Counted from the stretch's first letter, positions 1-10,388 are shown. The stretch is 64,000 nucleotides of DNA from an uncultured Planctomycetaceae bacterium (GCA_963708145.1 OY970189.1:4978959-5042958); one strand, 5' to 3'. The notes: generated by a model from the sequence alone, not told the origin. Numbers and translations are program-made.

Positions 1-636
1 GGCACGCTGTTCCTCGACGAGGTCGGCGACCTGCCGCCTCTCCTGCAACCCAAGCTCCTGCGATTCCTCCAGGAACGGAAGTACGAGCGCGTCGGCGAGG
101 CGAAGACCCGCTCGGCCGACGTCCGGCTCGTGGCGGCGACCAACCGCGACCTCGACGCGGCGGTCGCCGCGGGCACCTTCCGCGAGGACCTGCTCTACCG
201 CCTCAACGTCGTCGAGCTGACGCTGCCGCCGCTCCGCGACCGAGCCGACCTCCTCCCCCTGGCCGAGCACCTCCTGACCTTCTTCGCCCGCCAGACCGGG
301 CGGCACCTGTCGGGCTTCACGGCCGAGTCGCGCGAGGCCCTGGCGCGCCACCCGTGGCCGGGCAACCTCCGCGAGCTCCGCAATGCTGTCGAGCGCGCCG
401 CCATCCTGGCCGACGGGCCCGAGGTCGGCACCGCCGACCTGCCCGACAAGATCGCCCGGGCCCGCGTCGGACCGTCGACCTCCGCCGAGATCGGCGGCCC
501 GATCAGCCTGGAGCAGCTGGAGATCGAGCACATCCGCCGCGTCCTGGCCGGCTCCGCCAGCCTCGACGCCGCCGCGAGGACCCTCGGCATCGACCCGAGC
601 ACGCTCTACCGCAAGCGCAAGCAGTACGGGCTCTGA
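1..636 (+). CDS. sigma-54-dependent transcriptional activator, C-terminal part (5' partial at window edge)
   Basis: Frame 1 reads GTLFLDEVGDL...; ESAITG-free AAA sigma-54 interaction motifs (GAFREDLLYRLNV, WPGNLRELRNAVERA) and C-terminal Fis-type HTH (SLDAAARTLGIDPSTLYRKRKQYGL). Confidence 0.85.
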   Translation, partial: GTLFLDEVGDLPPLLQPKLLRFLQERKYERVGEAKTRSADVRLVAATNRDLDAAVAAGTFREDLLYRLNVVELTLPPLRDRADLLPLAEHLLTFFARQTGRHLSGFTAESREALARHPWPGNLRELRNAVERAAILADGPEVGTADLPDKIARARVGPSTSAEIGGPISLEQLEIEHIRRVLAGSASLDAAARTLGIDPSTLYRKRKQYGL

Positions 637-644
637 TCGCGTCG

Positions 645-822
645 GGATATGCTCGGTCGAAGGGTCTCACCGCAAAGGCACAAAGGGCACCAAGACAGAC
701 ACAAAGAAGACCCGATAACGGAGATGATCCGCCACCGCGCCCCGAGTCTTCTCCCCCCTTTGTGTTTGCCTCCGTGTCCTTTGTGCCTTTGTGATGAGCC
801 CTTCGACCGAGCATACCCCCGA
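645..822. repeat. MITE-like imperfect palindromic repeat, family 1 (cacaaag-rich), copy 1
   Basis: Outer inverted repeat gggatatgctcggtcgaaggg / cccttcgaccgagcatacccc and inner arms tcaccgcaaaggcacaaag...ctttgtgcctttgtgatga; related copy at 11240-11430. Confidence 0.5.
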
Positions 823-1006
823 CGGGACATTGCGGTTTGCACGACGGCCCCGGCATCCTGCACGGGCGGATCGGGGCTGGTCGCATCAGTCGTCCCGAAA
901 TCGTTCGACATAAATCCTACGCGGAACACGCGCTCGGATCGGGCGGTCCGGTCCCGGTACGGACGTTGCTTCTCCCTCACCACGAGCAAAGGAGTTCGGG
1001 TCCGAG

Positions 1007-2845
1007 ATGATCAAGACGCTGCGGACCAAGCTGCTGATCGGGATCACCCCGTTGCTGGCGATCATGGTCGGCCTGGGGTTGTGGGCGATCGTCATGTTCT
1101 CGCGGCTGGGGGGGAAGATCGACGTGATCCTCCGGGAGAACTACCGGAGCGTCCTGGCCGCCGAGGGGATGAAGGAGGCGCTGGAGCGGATGGACTCGGC
1201 CCTGTTGTTCGCCATCGGCGGCGAGGAGGCGCAGTGCGCGCGACCAGTTCGCCGAATTCAGGCCGAAGTTCGAGCAGGAGCTGCGGATCGAGCAGGGCAA
1301 CGTCACCCTGCCCGGCGAGCAGGAGATGGCCGACCGCCTATCGGCGCTGCGGGACCGCTACTTCGCGCTGGCCGACCGCTTCTTCGCGCTGGGCCCGGAC
1401 CGCAAGGAGGAGCGGACGCGGCTCTACTTCGCGCAGCTCCTCCAGACCTTCAAGGACATCAAGCGCGCCGCCGACGACGTGCTCGACCTGAACCAGAAGA
1501 ACATGGAGGCCGAGAGCCAGAGGCCCGCGACGCGGCCGACCGTTCGATCCGGCTGATGGTCCTGGCGCTGATCGGCTCGGCGGCGGTCGCCACGACGATC
1601 GCGCTGATGCTGAGCCGGTCGATCCTGGAGCCGATCCGCGCCGTGACGAGGGGGGCGCGCGATGACGAGCGGGAATCTCGACCAGGTGGTGCCGGTGGTC
1701 ACCCGCGACGAGCTGGGCGAGCTGGCCGCCGCGTTCAACACGATGGCGCGCACGATCCGCGAGTTCCAGCAGGCGGGCACCTCGAAGCTGCTCCGCGCCG
1801 AGCAGACGGCGCAGGCGACGATCGATTCGTTCCCCGACCCGGTCGTGGTCGTCGACCCGTCTGGTGCCGTCGAGCGGGCCAACCCGGCGGCGCGTCGCAT
1901 CCTGGGGGTGGTCCCGAGCGACGGGACGGTCCCCTGGACCCCGCCCCCGTTGCTGAAGCCCGCGCTGGGCGAGGTGCTCGGCGGCGGGCCCGACGTCCTG
2001 CCGACGGGCCTCGACCACGCGCTGGCGTTCCGCGACAACGGCCAGGAGCGGTTCTTCCTGCCCCGCGTCCTGGCGATCCGCGGCGACGACGGCCTGCTCG
2101 GCGCCGCCGCCGTCCTGACCGACGTGACCAAGTTCCGCCTGGTCGACCAGCTCAAGAGCGACATGGTCTCGACCGTCAGCCACGAGCTCAAGACGCCGCT
2201 GACGGGCGTGCAGATGGCCATCCACCTGCTGCTGGAGGAGGCGGTCGGCCCGCTGTCGCCGAAGCAGACCGAGCTGCTCCTGGCCGCGCGGCAGGACTCG
2301 GACCGCCTGCTGGCGATGATCAACGACCTGCTCGACCTGACGCGGATCGAGCAGGGGCGGGTCAGGCTCGACCTCCGTCCCGCCGCGCCGGCGGACCTGG
2401 TCGGCGAGGCGCAGGGACGGTTCGAAACCAAGGCCCGCGACCTGGGCATCATGCTGTGGAACTCGGTGCCGACCGACCTGCCGCGAGTCCTCGCGGACGC
2501 CGAGCGGGCCGGGCACGTCTTCGACAACCTGCTCGGCAATGCGCTGTCGCACACGCCGAGGGGGGGACGGTGCGCCTCGGCGCCGAGATCGAGCGCGGGG
2601 GCGGTGTGGTTCATCGTGGCGGACACCGGCGAGGGGATCGCGCCCGAGCACCTCGGGCACGTCTTCGAGAAGTTCTACCGCGTCCCGAGCTCGCGACACG
2701 CGGGGGTGCCGGGCTCGGCCTGGCGATCGCCCGCGAGATCGTCGTGGCGCACGGCGGCCAGATCGACGTCGAGAGCGAGCCCGGCCGCGGCACCACCTTC
2801 CGCTTCACCCTGCCGGTCGCCCCCGAAAGCGAGGCGAGACCATGA
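1007..2845 (+). CDS. sensor histidine kinase (2 TM, HAMP, HisKA, HATPase_c); apparent frameshifts near 1240, 1555, 1655, 2570
   Basis: Fragments in frames 2/0: [31 protein letters not shown] (TM1), [22 protein letters not shown] (TM2), HAMP ([22 protein letters not shown]), H-box [15 protein letters not shown]-terminal [35 protein letters not shown]; stop overlaps next gene (ATGA). Confidence 0.8.
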   Translation: MIKTLRTKLLIGITPLLAIMVGLGLWAIVMFSRLGGKIDVILRENYRSVLAAEGMKEALERMDSALLFAIGGEEAQCARPVRRIQAEVRAGAADRAGQRHPARRAGDGRPPIGAAGPLLRAGRPLLRAGPGPQGGADAALLRAAPPDLQGHQARRRRRARPEPEEHGGREPEARDAADRSIRLMVLALIGSAAVATTIALMLSRSILEPIRAVTRGARDDERESRPGGAGGHPRRAGRAGRRVQHDGAHDPRVPAGGHLEAAPRRADGAGDDRFVPRPGRGRRPVWCRRAGQPGGASHPGGGPERRDGPLDPAPVAEARAGRGARRRARRPADGPRPRAGVPRQRPGAVLPAPRPGDPRRRRPARRRRRPDRRDQVPPGRPAQERHGLDRQPRAQDAADGRADGHPPAAGGGGRPAVAEADRAAPGRAAGLGPPAGDDQRPARPDADRAGAGQARPPSRRAGGPGRRGAGTVRNQGPRPGHHAVELGADRPAASPRGRRAGRARLRQPARQCAVAHAEGGTVRLGAEIERGGGVVHRGGHRRGDRARAPRARLREVLPRPELATRGGAGLGLAIAREIVVAHGGQIDVESEPGRGTTFRFTLPVAPESEARP

Positions 2846-3570
2846 GCGACGCCAAGCGGATCTTGATCGTGGACGACGAGCCCAACGTCCGGCTCGTCTT
2901 CCGGACGGCGCTGGAATCGAACGGCTACCGCCCGGAGACGGCCGAGGACGGCGAGGCGGCGCTGCGGCGGCTCGGGGAATCGCCCGCCGATCTCATCCTG
3001 CTCGACCTCCACATGCCGGTGATGGGGGGCATGGAGGTGCTCCGGCGGCTCCGCGACGCCGGCAACGACGCGCCGGTGGTGATCGTCACGGCGCACGGCG
3101 ACGTCCCCAACGCGGTCCAGGCGATGAAGCTCGGCGCGATCGACTTCCTGATGAAGCCGCTGACGCCGGAGGCGCTGCGGCTCGCGGTCGCCGAGGTCCT
3201 CGCGCGGCATTCGGTCGCGAAGCCGAGGCCGGCATCCGCCGGTCCGTCGCATCCGGCGCCGGTGACGCCCGCCTCGCAGTTCGCCGACAACCTCCAGCGC
3301 GCCAAGAGGGCCCTGAACAACCGCTGGTTCGACGAGGCCCAGGTCTACCTCAAGCAGGCGATCGCGCTCGACGCCAAGTCCGCCGAGGCGCACAACCTGA
3401 TGGGCGTGCTCCACGAGCTCCGCAACGAGCACGACGACTCGTACCGCGAGTACCGCGCCGCGCTGAAGGCCGACAAGCACTACGAGCCCGCCCGGCACAA
3501 CATGACCCGCTACTACGAGCGGTTCACCTTCGGCCGCAGCGACGTGCCGATCGACACGGGAGAACGGTGA
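2842..3570 (+). CDS. response-regulator receiver domain fused to TPR-like C-terminal domain (no DNA-binding domain)
   Basis: [19 protein letters not shown]...[10 protein letters not shown]...[27 protein letters not shown] receiver motifs; C-terminal TPR-like ([45 protein letters not shown]). Confidence 0.85.
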   Translation: MSDAKRILIVDDEPNVRLVFRTALESNGYRPETAEDGEAALRRLGESPADLILLDLHMPVMGGMEVLRRLRDAGNDAPVVIVTAHGDVPNAVQAMKLGAIDFLMKPLTPEALRLAVAEVLARHSVAKPRPASAGPSHPAPVTPASQFADNLQRAKRALNNRWFDEAQVYLKQAIALDAKSAEAHNLMGVLHELRNEHDDSYREYRAALKADKHYEPARHNMTRYYERFTFGRSDVPIDTGER

Positions 3571-3578
3571 GGCATCCG

Positions 3579-4262
3579 ATGGGACCCCGCACGCACCACA
3601 TCCTGATCGTCGAGGACGAGCCCAACGTCCGACTCGTCTTCCGCGCCGCCTTGACGTCGGAGGAGTACACGGTGTCCACGGCCGAGGACGGCGAGACGGC
3701 CTTGCGCCGGCTCGCCAGGGGGAAGGCCGACCTCATCCTGCTCGACCTCCAGATGCCCGGCCTGGGGGGCATGGAGATGCTGCGACTGCTCCGCGAGCGG
3801 GGGATCGACACGCCGGTGGTGATCGTCAGCGCCCACGACAGCGTCCCGAACGTCGTCCAGGCGATGCGGCTGGGGGCGATCGACTTCCTGCCCAAGCCGA
3901 CGACGCCCGAGGCGCTGCGCAAGGTCGTCTCCGACGTGCTGGCCCGGCACGCCGCCGTCTCCGAGCCGCCCCGCGCCCCCGCGACGCCTCCCGCGCCGGC
4001 CTGCCCGACGTCGGACGACCTGTCGCAAGCCAAGGCGGCGCTCAACCGTCGCGACTTCGGGGAGGCCGAGGAGGCCCTGCGGAAGGCCCTCGAGCTCGAT
4101 CCCCGCTGCGCCGAGGCGCGCTACCTGCTGGGCGTCCTGCACGAGATGGGCGAGGAGCCGAACGCCGCCTACTCCGACTACCGCGCCGCCCTGCGGGCCG
4201 ACCCCGACTACGAGCCGGCCAGGCTCCACCTGATGAAATATTACAGCGACAAGATCATGTAA
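3579..4262 (+). CDS. paralogous REC-TPR response regulator (tandem duplicate of 2842-3570)
   Basis: [19 protein letters not shown]...DLILLDLQMP...VIVSAHDSVPNVVQAMRLGAIDFLPKP; same architecture and TPR-like tail (ARYLLGVLHEMGEEPNAAYSDYRAALRADPDYEPARLHLMKYY). Confidence 0.85.
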   Translation: MGPRTHHILIVEDEPNVRLVFRAALTSEEYTVSTAEDGETALRRLARGKADLILLDLQMPGLGGMEMLRLLRERGIDTPVVIVSAHDSVPNVVQAMRLGAIDFLPKPTTPEALRKVVSDVLARHAAVSEPPRAPATPPAPACPTSDDLSQAKAALNRRDFGEAEEALRKALELDPRCAEARYLLGVLHEMGEEPNAAYSDYRAALRADPDYEPARLHLMKYYSDKIM

Positions 4263-4449
4263 AGGCGGACTTCCGAGCAGGCATCCCATCCCCTCGCGGG
4301 GGAGGGTTGAGGCCGGGCGACAGCACGACCCGTCGCCCGGAACTCCTACCCTCCAACTCAACCCTCTCCCACGAGAGAAGGGGTTGGCCTGGCGTCTTGT
4401 CCGGGGCGGACCCGACGGCCCGTCGCACCACGAATCGAGGAGGTCGACC
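4263..4449 (+). promoter_or_regulatory. structured 5' leader upstream of kdp genes (candidate cis-regulatory RNA)
   Basis: 187-nt gap containing long inverted repeat gggggagggttgagg ... cctccaactcaaccctctccc (about 13-bp stem); no ORF; immediately precedes small peptide ORF and kdpF/kdpA. Confidence 0.3.
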
Positions 4450-4530
4450 TTGTCCCTCGCCACGTTCGCCTTCGGAATGGCGATCTTCGCCCTGTTCTTC
4501 GGCCTGGTCGCGGCGTGCGACCGGCTCTGA
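4450..4530 (+). CDS. small hydrophobic membrane peptide (26 aa) upstream of kdpF
   Basis: TTG start 7 nt after strong SD GAGGAGG; LSLATFAFGMAIFALFFGLVAACDRL, single TM helix; not homologous to KdpF. Confidence 0.3.
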   Translation: MSLATFAFGMAIFALFFGLVAACDRL

Positions 4531-4555
4531 TCGCGTCCCCGTGAGGTCCCGCGAC

Positions 4556-4636
4556 GTGCTCTACCTGACCGCAATCCTGACCGTGGCCGCGCTGACGTAC
4601 CTGGGGTACGCCATGATCCGGCCCGAACGATTCTGA
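4556..4636 (+). CDS. kdpF: K+-transporting ATPase subunit F (KdpF, 26 aa)
   Basis: VLYLTAILTVAALTYLGYAMIRPERF matches KdpF pattern (hydrophobic helix ...YLxYAxxxPExF); GTG start 9 nt after GTGAGG; 26 nt upstream of kdpA. Confidence 0.6.
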   Translation: MLYLTAILTVAALTYLGYAMIRPERF

Positions 4637-4661
4637 CCCCGCCCAACGACGGAGGCCCCTC

Positions 4662-6464
4662 GTGGGATCGTCCCTGTCCCTGCTGCATCCCCTGTGGGCG
4701 TTCGGCCTGCCGATCGCGATCTCTCTGCCGCTCGGCTGGTCGATGGCCCGCGCGCTCGACCCCAGGCCCGACCGTGTCGGCCGCGGCCTCGACGCGCTGC
4801 CGATGTTCCTCTGCCGCCTGCTGGGCCGCCGCGAGCCGGCCCGCATGGATTGGAAGCGGTATGCGATCGCCTTCCTGGCCTTCAATGCGGCGCTGTTCGC
4901 CATCACGTTCGCGCTGCTCTACCTCCAGCCTCGCCTGCCGCTGAATCCCGACGGCAAGGGGTCGCTCGGGGCGCTGGGCTACAAGGACGCCGCCGGCGCC
5001 GACCACCCCGGCGCCGACACCGCCGTCGTGTTCAACACCGTCTGCTCGTTCGTCACCAACACCAACCTCCAGCACTACTCGGGCGAGCAGCACCTGTCAT
5101 ACTTCAGCCAGCTGGCGTGCATCGTCTGGCTGATGTTCGTCACGCCGGCCGCGGGACTGGCCGTCATGCTGGCCACGCTGCGAGGGCTGCGGGGTGACAC
5201 GCACCTGGGCGACTTCTACCTCGATCTGATGCGCGGCCTGGTCTTCACGCTGCTGCCGGTGGCGCTGGTGCTCGCCGTGCTGATGGTCGGCACCGGCGTG
5301 CCGATGACCTTCCACGGCGCGGCGCAGGCCACCACGATCGACGGCGCCGCCACGAAGATGGAGACGCAGACGATCGCCCGCGGCCCGGTCGCCGCCCTGG
5401 TGGCGATCAAGCAGGCCGGGACCAACGGCGGCGGCTTCTTCGGGCCGAACTCGACGCACCCGTTCGAGAACCCCTCCCCCTGGAGCAACCTGCTGTCGAT
5501 CGCCGCGATCGTCGTGGTGCCGATGGCCTCGATCGTCATGGCCGGGCGGATGCTCAGGGAGACCCGCCACGCGGCGGTGATCTACGGCGTGATGCTCTCG
5601 CTGATGGTCGCCGGCGCCGTCGTGGCGATCTGGGCCGAGACGAAGCCGAGCGCCGCCACCGACGGCCTGCCCGTGGCCCGCGAGGCGAACATGGAGGGCA
5701 AGGAGGTCCGGCTCGGGCCGGTCGCCGCGGCCACCTGGGCGGCGATGACCTCGGGCACCTCCAACGGCTCGGTCAACAGCATGCACGACAGCCTCAACCC
5801 GATCGCCGGCATGGTCCCGATGGCGATGATGATGCTCAACGTCGCCTTCAGCGGCGTCGGCGCCGGGTTCGAGAACATGCTGATGTACGTGATCGTCGCC
5901 GTCTTCCTGGCCGGGCTGATGGTCGGCCGGACGCCCGAGTACCTGGGCAAGAAGGTCGAGGCGAGGGAGGTCAAGCTGGCGATGGTCGCCCTGCTGATCC
6001 ATCCCTTGCTGATCTGCTGCGGCGCGGGGCTGTTCGCGGCCCTGGCGTGGGGCAGGGCGACGGTGGCCAACCCCGGCCCGCACGGGTTCAGCGAGATCCT
6101 CTACGAGTTCACCTCGGCCGCCGCCAACAACGGGTCGGGGTTCGAGGGCCTGTCGGACAACAACCCGCCGTGGAACATCGCCACGGGCATCGTCCTGCTC
6201 CTGGGCCGGTTCCCCGCCTTGATCCTGCCGCTGGCGGTCGCCGGGTTCCTGTCGACGAAGACGCGCGTGCCGCAGACCACGGGCACGCTGCGGACCGACG
6301 ACCTGACGTTCGCCGGGATGCTGCTGGGCACCGTGCTCCTGGTCGGTGCCCTGTCGTTCATGCCGGCCCTGGTGCTCGGCCCGGTGGCCGACCACCTGGC
6401 GGCGGTCCCCCAGGCGGTGATCGCCCCCCTAACACCGGACCCGCGAGAGAGAATCGATCCATGA
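4662..6464 (+). CDS. kdpA: potassium-transporting ATPase subunit A
   Basis: 600-aa intact ORF with KdpA selectivity-filter motifs (NTNLQHYSGE, GTNGGGFFG, TSGTSNGSVNSMHDS, NNGSGFEGL); stop overlaps kdpB start (ATGA). Confidence 0.97.
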   Translation: MGSSLSLLHPLWAFGLPIAISLPLGWSMARALDPRPDRVGRGLDALPMFLCRLLGRREPARMDWKRYAIAFLAFNAALFAITFALLYLQPRLPLNPDGKGSLGALGYKDAAGADHPGADTAVVFNTVCSFVTNTNLQHYSGEQHLSYFSQLACIVWLMFVTPAAGLAVMLATLRGLRGDTHLGDFYLDLMRGLVFTLLPVALVLAVLMVGTGVPMTFHGAAQATTIDGAATKMETQTIARGPVAALVAIKQAGTNGGGFFGPNSTHPFENPSPWSNLLSIAAIVVVPMASIVMAGRMLRETRHAAVIYGVMLSLMVAGAVVAIWAETKPSAATDGLPVAREANMEGKEVRLGPVAAATWAAMTSGTSNGSVNSMHDSLNPIAGMVPMAMMMLNVAFSGVGAGFENMLMYVIVAVFLAGLMVGRTPEYLGKKVEAREVKLAMVALLIHPLLICCGAGLFAALAWGRATVANPGPHGFSEILYEFTSAAANNGSGFEGLSDNNPPWNIATGIVLLLGRFPALILPLAVAGFLSTKTRVPQTTGTLRTDDLTFAGMLLGTVLLVGALSFMPALVLGPVADHLAAVPQAVIAPLTPDPRERIDP

Positions 6465-8598
6465 GCCTTGATACCGAAATCGGCGCGCCGCGGCGGACCG
6501 CCGCCGAGGCCCAGTCCTTCAAGATGCAGCGCCGCCAGGCGCGACGGCTCCGCCTCTTCGAGCCGGCGCTGGTGCGGATGGCGACCTGGCGGTCGTTCGT
6601 CATGCTCGACCCGCGGAACATGATGCGCAACCCGGTCATGTTCCTCGTCGAGGTCGGCACCGTGTTGACGGCGATCGTCACCGTCCAGTCGATCCTGGCC
6701 GGCGCCGCGACCGGGCTGATCGTCTACCAGGCGTCGCTGACGTTCCTCCTGCTGCTGACGGTCCTGTTCGCCAACTTCGCCGAGGCTCTGGCCGAGGCGC
6801 GCGGCAAGGCGCAGGCCGACAGCCTGCGGGCGACGCGGCAGGACACGCCGGCCTATCGCCTCGAAGGCCCTGGGCTGCACACCGGCCAGGTCATCTCCTC
6901 GACCCACCTCCGCGCCGGAGACTACGTCCTGGTGGAGGCCGGGCAGGTGATCCCGGCCGACGGCGAGGTCATCGAAGGGGTCGCCTCGGTCGACGAATCG
7001 GCGATCACCGGCGAGAGCACCCGGTGATCCGCGAGGCGGGCGGCGACCACTCGGGCGTCACCGGCGGCACGCGCGTCCTGTCCGACCGGATCGTCGTGCA
7101 GGTGACGGCCGAGCCGGGCCAGAGCTTCCTCGACCGGATGATCGCGCTGGTCGAGGGGGCGATCCGCCAGAAGACGCCCAACGAGATCGCGCTGACGATC
7201 GTCCTGGCCGCCTTCTCGATCATCTTCCTGATCGTCACGGCGACGCTCTACCCGATGGCCCGCTACTTCGACCTGACGCTCGACATCCCCACGCTGGTCG
7301 CGCTGCTGGTGTGCCTGATCCCGACGACGATCGGGGCGCTCCTGGCGGCGATCGGCATCGCGGGGATGGACCGGGCGCTGGTGGCGAACATCATCGCCAA
7401 GAGCGGCAAGGCGGTCGAGCTGGCCGGCGACATCGACACGCTGCTGCTGGACAAGACCGGGACGATCACGATCGGCAACCGCAAGGCGACGCAGTTCGTC
7501 GCGCTGGGGGGCGCGTCGCCTCGCGACGTGGCCCGCGCCGCGGGTCTGGCGTCGATGGCCGACTCCACGCCCGAGGGCAAGAGCATCCTCGACCTGTCGC
7601 GGCAGCAGACGGCCGTCGACGGCGAGGCGCCGCCGGGATGCCGGTTCATCGAGTTCACGGCGCAGACCCGCATGAGCGGCGTCGACCTGCCCGACGGGCC
7701 TCGCCTCCGCAAGGGGGCCCCGAACACCGTCGCCGGCTACGTCCAGGACCAGGGCGGCGCCGTCCCCGACGGCTACCAAACGACCGTCGACGCGATCGCC
7801 TCCGGCGGCGCCACGCCTTTGGCCGTCGCCGAGGACGACCGCATCCTCGGCGTGGTGAAGCTCGAGGACATCCTCAAGCCGGGCATCCAGGAGCGGTTCC
7901 GCCGGCTCCGCCAGATGGGCCTGCGTGTGGTGATGGTCACCGGCGACAACCCACTGACGGCGAAGGCCATCGCGCAGCAGGCGGGCGTCGACGACTTCAT
8001 CGCGCAGGCCACGCCCGAGGCCAAGCTCGCCTACATCCGCAAGGAGCAGCACGGCGGCAAGCTCGTGGCCATGATGGGCGACGGCACCAACGACGCCCCC
8101 GCGTTCGCGCAGGCCGACATCGGCGTGGCGATGAACTCGGGCACGCAGGCCGCCAAGGAGGCCGGCAACATGGTCGACCTCGACAGCGACCCGACCAAGC
8201 TCATCGAGGTCGTCGAGATCGGCAAGCAGCTCCTGATGACCCGCGGGGCCCTGACGACGTTCTCGATCGCCAACGACCTGGCCAAGTACTTCGCCGTGAT
8301 CCCGGCCATGTTCATCGTCACCCTGCCCGGGCTGAAGGTGCTCGACCTGATGGGCCTGGCGACGAAGGGGGGCGCCTACTCGGCCATCCTGTCGGCGGTG
8401 ATCTTCAACGCGATCATCATCCCGCTGCTGATCCCGATCGCGCTGAAGGGGGTGACGTACCGCCCCGTCGGCGCCGGCGCCCTGCTGCGGCGCAACCTGC
8501 TGTACTACGGGCTCGGGGGCGTGATCGCCCCGTTCATCGGCATCAAGGTGATCGACCTGGCGATCGACCCGCTCCTGGCGCTGGTCGGGCTGGTGTAG
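6461..8598 (+). CDS. kdpB: potassium-transporting P-type ATPase subunit B; apparent 1-nt deletion near 7016-7020
   Basis: DESAITGES^(shift)[28 protein letters not shown] phosphorylation motif, [29 protein letters not shown]; frame 2 until about 7020 then frame 1; ccc run where cccc would restore GESTPVIRE. Confidence 0.95.
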
Positions 8599-8669
8599 GG
8601 CGTGCGCAGCACGCCGGCGGGACTCGAAGACGGCGTGTTTCACACGCCTTACGATGGAGATCGACTCTC

Positions 8670-9239
8670 ATGTGGATTCGAGAGATTCTGAATGCCCTGG
8701 TCGCCTGCGTGGTGACCTTCATCATCGGCGCCGTGGCCTACCCGGCGGTGGCGTGGGGCGTGGGCCAGCTCATCTTCCCGAGGCAGGCGGAGGGGAGCCT
8801 GGTCTACGACCGCGGCCGGGCGGTGATCGGCTCGGAGCTGATCGCGCAGCCGTTCGCCTCCGACGGGTATTTCCACCCGCGCCCCTCGGCCGTCGACTAC
8901 AAGGCCGACGCGGCGGGCGGGTCGAACCTCGGGACGAAGAACCCCGACCTGCGCAAGAAGGTCGCCGAGAGGGCCGAGGCGCTCCAGGCGACGCCCGAGG
9001 CCCCCGCGCCGGCGGACCTGGTGACCGCCTCGGGGGGCGGCCTCGACCCGCACATCAGCCCCGAGGCGGCCCGCTACCAGGGCGCCCGCGTCGCCTCGGC
9101 CCGCAAGCTTCCCGCGGGCCGGGTGCGGGAATTGATCGACCGGCACATCGAGCGCTCGGGCGCGATCATCGGCGCCCCCCCTCGCGTCAACGTGCTGCGG
9201 CTCAACCGGGCGCTCGACGCGATGGGCGCGCCCGAATGA
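8670..9239 (+). CDS. kdpC: potassium-transporting ATPase subunit C
   Basis: MWIREILNALVACVVTFIIGAVAYPAVAWGVGQLIFPRQAEGSLV... single N-terminal TM plus conserved KdpC core; follows kdpB by 71 nt. Confidence 0.9.
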   Translation: MWIREILNALVACVVTFIIGAVAYPAVAWGVGQLIFPRQAEGSLVYDRGRAVIGSELIAQPFASDGYFHPRPSAVDYKADAAGGSNLGTKNPDLRKKVAERAEALQATPEAPAPADLVTASGGGLDPHISPEAARYQGARVASARKLPAGRVRELIDRHIERSGAIIGAPPRVNVLRLNRALDAMGAPE

Positions 9240-9254
9240 CCGGGAGGGCCCGCG

Positions 9255-10388
9255 ATGGCCACGATCGAACCAGCTCGCCCCACGCCCGAGCAGTTCCTCA
9301 ACCTGATCCGCCGCCAGGAGAGGGGCCGGCTCAAGGTCTACCTCGGCTCGTCGGCCGGCGTGGGCAAGACGTATGCCATGCTCCGAGAGGGGCACCGCCT
9401 CAAGCAGCAGGGCGTCGACGCGATCATCGGATTCGTCGAGACCCACGGCCGCGCCGAGACCGCCGAGCAGGTCGGCGACCTGGAGGTCGTCTCGCCCCGC
9501 GAGGTCGAGTACCGCGGCGTCACCCTCCGCGAGATGGACCTCGACGCCATCCTCGCCCGCCGGCCGACCGTCTGCCTCGTCGACGAGCTGGCGCACACCA
9601 ACGCCCCCGGCAGCCGGCACCCGAAGCGCTACCAGGATGTCGAGGATCTGCTCCGCGCCGGCATCCACGTCATCACGACTCTCAACGTGCAGCACCTGGA
9701 GAGCCTCTACGACGAGGTCGAGCGCGCCACCGGCGTGAAGGTCAAGGAGCGCCTGCCCGACGGCGTGCTCGCCGAGGCCGACCAGATCGTCAACATCGAC
9801 CTGTCGGCGGAGGACCTGCTCGACCGCCTCAGGGCGGGCAAGGTCTACCCCCCCGACCGCGCCGAGCGGGCCCTGGAGAACTTCTTCACGGCGCCCAACC
9901 TGACCCGCCTGCGCGAGATCACCTTGACCGAGATGGCGCACCTGATCGACCGCCGCGGCCGTCGCGCCGAGGCCGACAAGGGGCCCGCGTCGGCGACCGA
10001 GCGGGTGATGGTCGGCCTCTCCAGCCGCAGCCCGAACGCCCCCGCGCTGCTGCGCAAGGCGGCGCGGCTGGCCGACCGCCTCAATGCGCCGTGGTATGCC
10101 GTCTACATCCAGACGCCGGCCGAGGACCTGACCAGGACCGACGCGGCCACGCACCGCATCCTCGGCAAGAACCTCGAATTGGCGCAGCAGCTCGGCGGCA
10201 TCCCGATGACGTTCCGCGGCCGCGACGTCGCCAGCACGATCGCGGCCTTCGCGCACGAGTACGGCATCAAGGTCATCGTGATGGGCCGCAGCCTCCAGCC
10301 CTGGTATCGCCGCCTCTGGGGCGGCTCGATCCTCGACCGGCTCCTCGACATGACCGACGGGGTCGATGTCGTGATCGTCGACGTCTGA
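9255..10388 (+). CDS. kdpD: truncated KdpD: N-terminal KdpD sensor domain + Usp domain only, no TM/HisKA/HATPase
   Basis: GRLKVYLGSSAGVGKTYAML (Walker-A-like KdpD N-domain), ITTLNVQHLESL, Usp-like C-terminus (RVMVGLSSRSPNAPALLRKAARLA...VIVMGRS); 377 aa, ends without kinase core. Confidence 0.9.
   Translation: MATIEPARPTPEQFLNLIRRQERGRLKVYLGSSAGVGKTYAMLREGHRLKQQGVDAIIGFVETHGRAETAEQVGDLEVVSPREVEYRGVTLREMDLDAILARRPTVCLVDELAHTNAPGSRHPKRYQDVEDLLRAGIHVITTLNVQHLESLYDEVERATGVKVKERLPDGVLAEADQIVNIDLSAEDLLDRLRAGKVYPPDRAERALENFFTAPNLTRLREITLTEMAHLIDRRGRRAEADKGPASATERVMVGLSSRSPNAPALLRKAARLADRLNAPWYAVYIQTPAEDLTRTDAATHRILGKNLELAQQLGGIPMTFRGRDVASTIAAFAHEYGIKVIVMGRSLQPWYRRLWGGSILDRLLDMTDGVDVVIVDV

Noticed and set aside
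8599-8669. Two 7-bp-stem hairpins between kdpB and kdpC (ggcgtgcgcagcacgcc; ggcgtgtttcacacgcc)
   Set aside because: Small, no U-tract, within an operon; likely incidental or weak mRNA structure.
1338-10256. Long antisense ORFs opposite the kinase and kdp genes (e.g. 1338-2699 -, 3513-5093 -, 5097-6395 -, 6922-8643 -, 8649-10256 -)
   Set aside because: Arg/Gly/Pro-rich low-complexity translations typical of stop-codon-poor high-GC antisense frames; sense-strand genes have clear homology.
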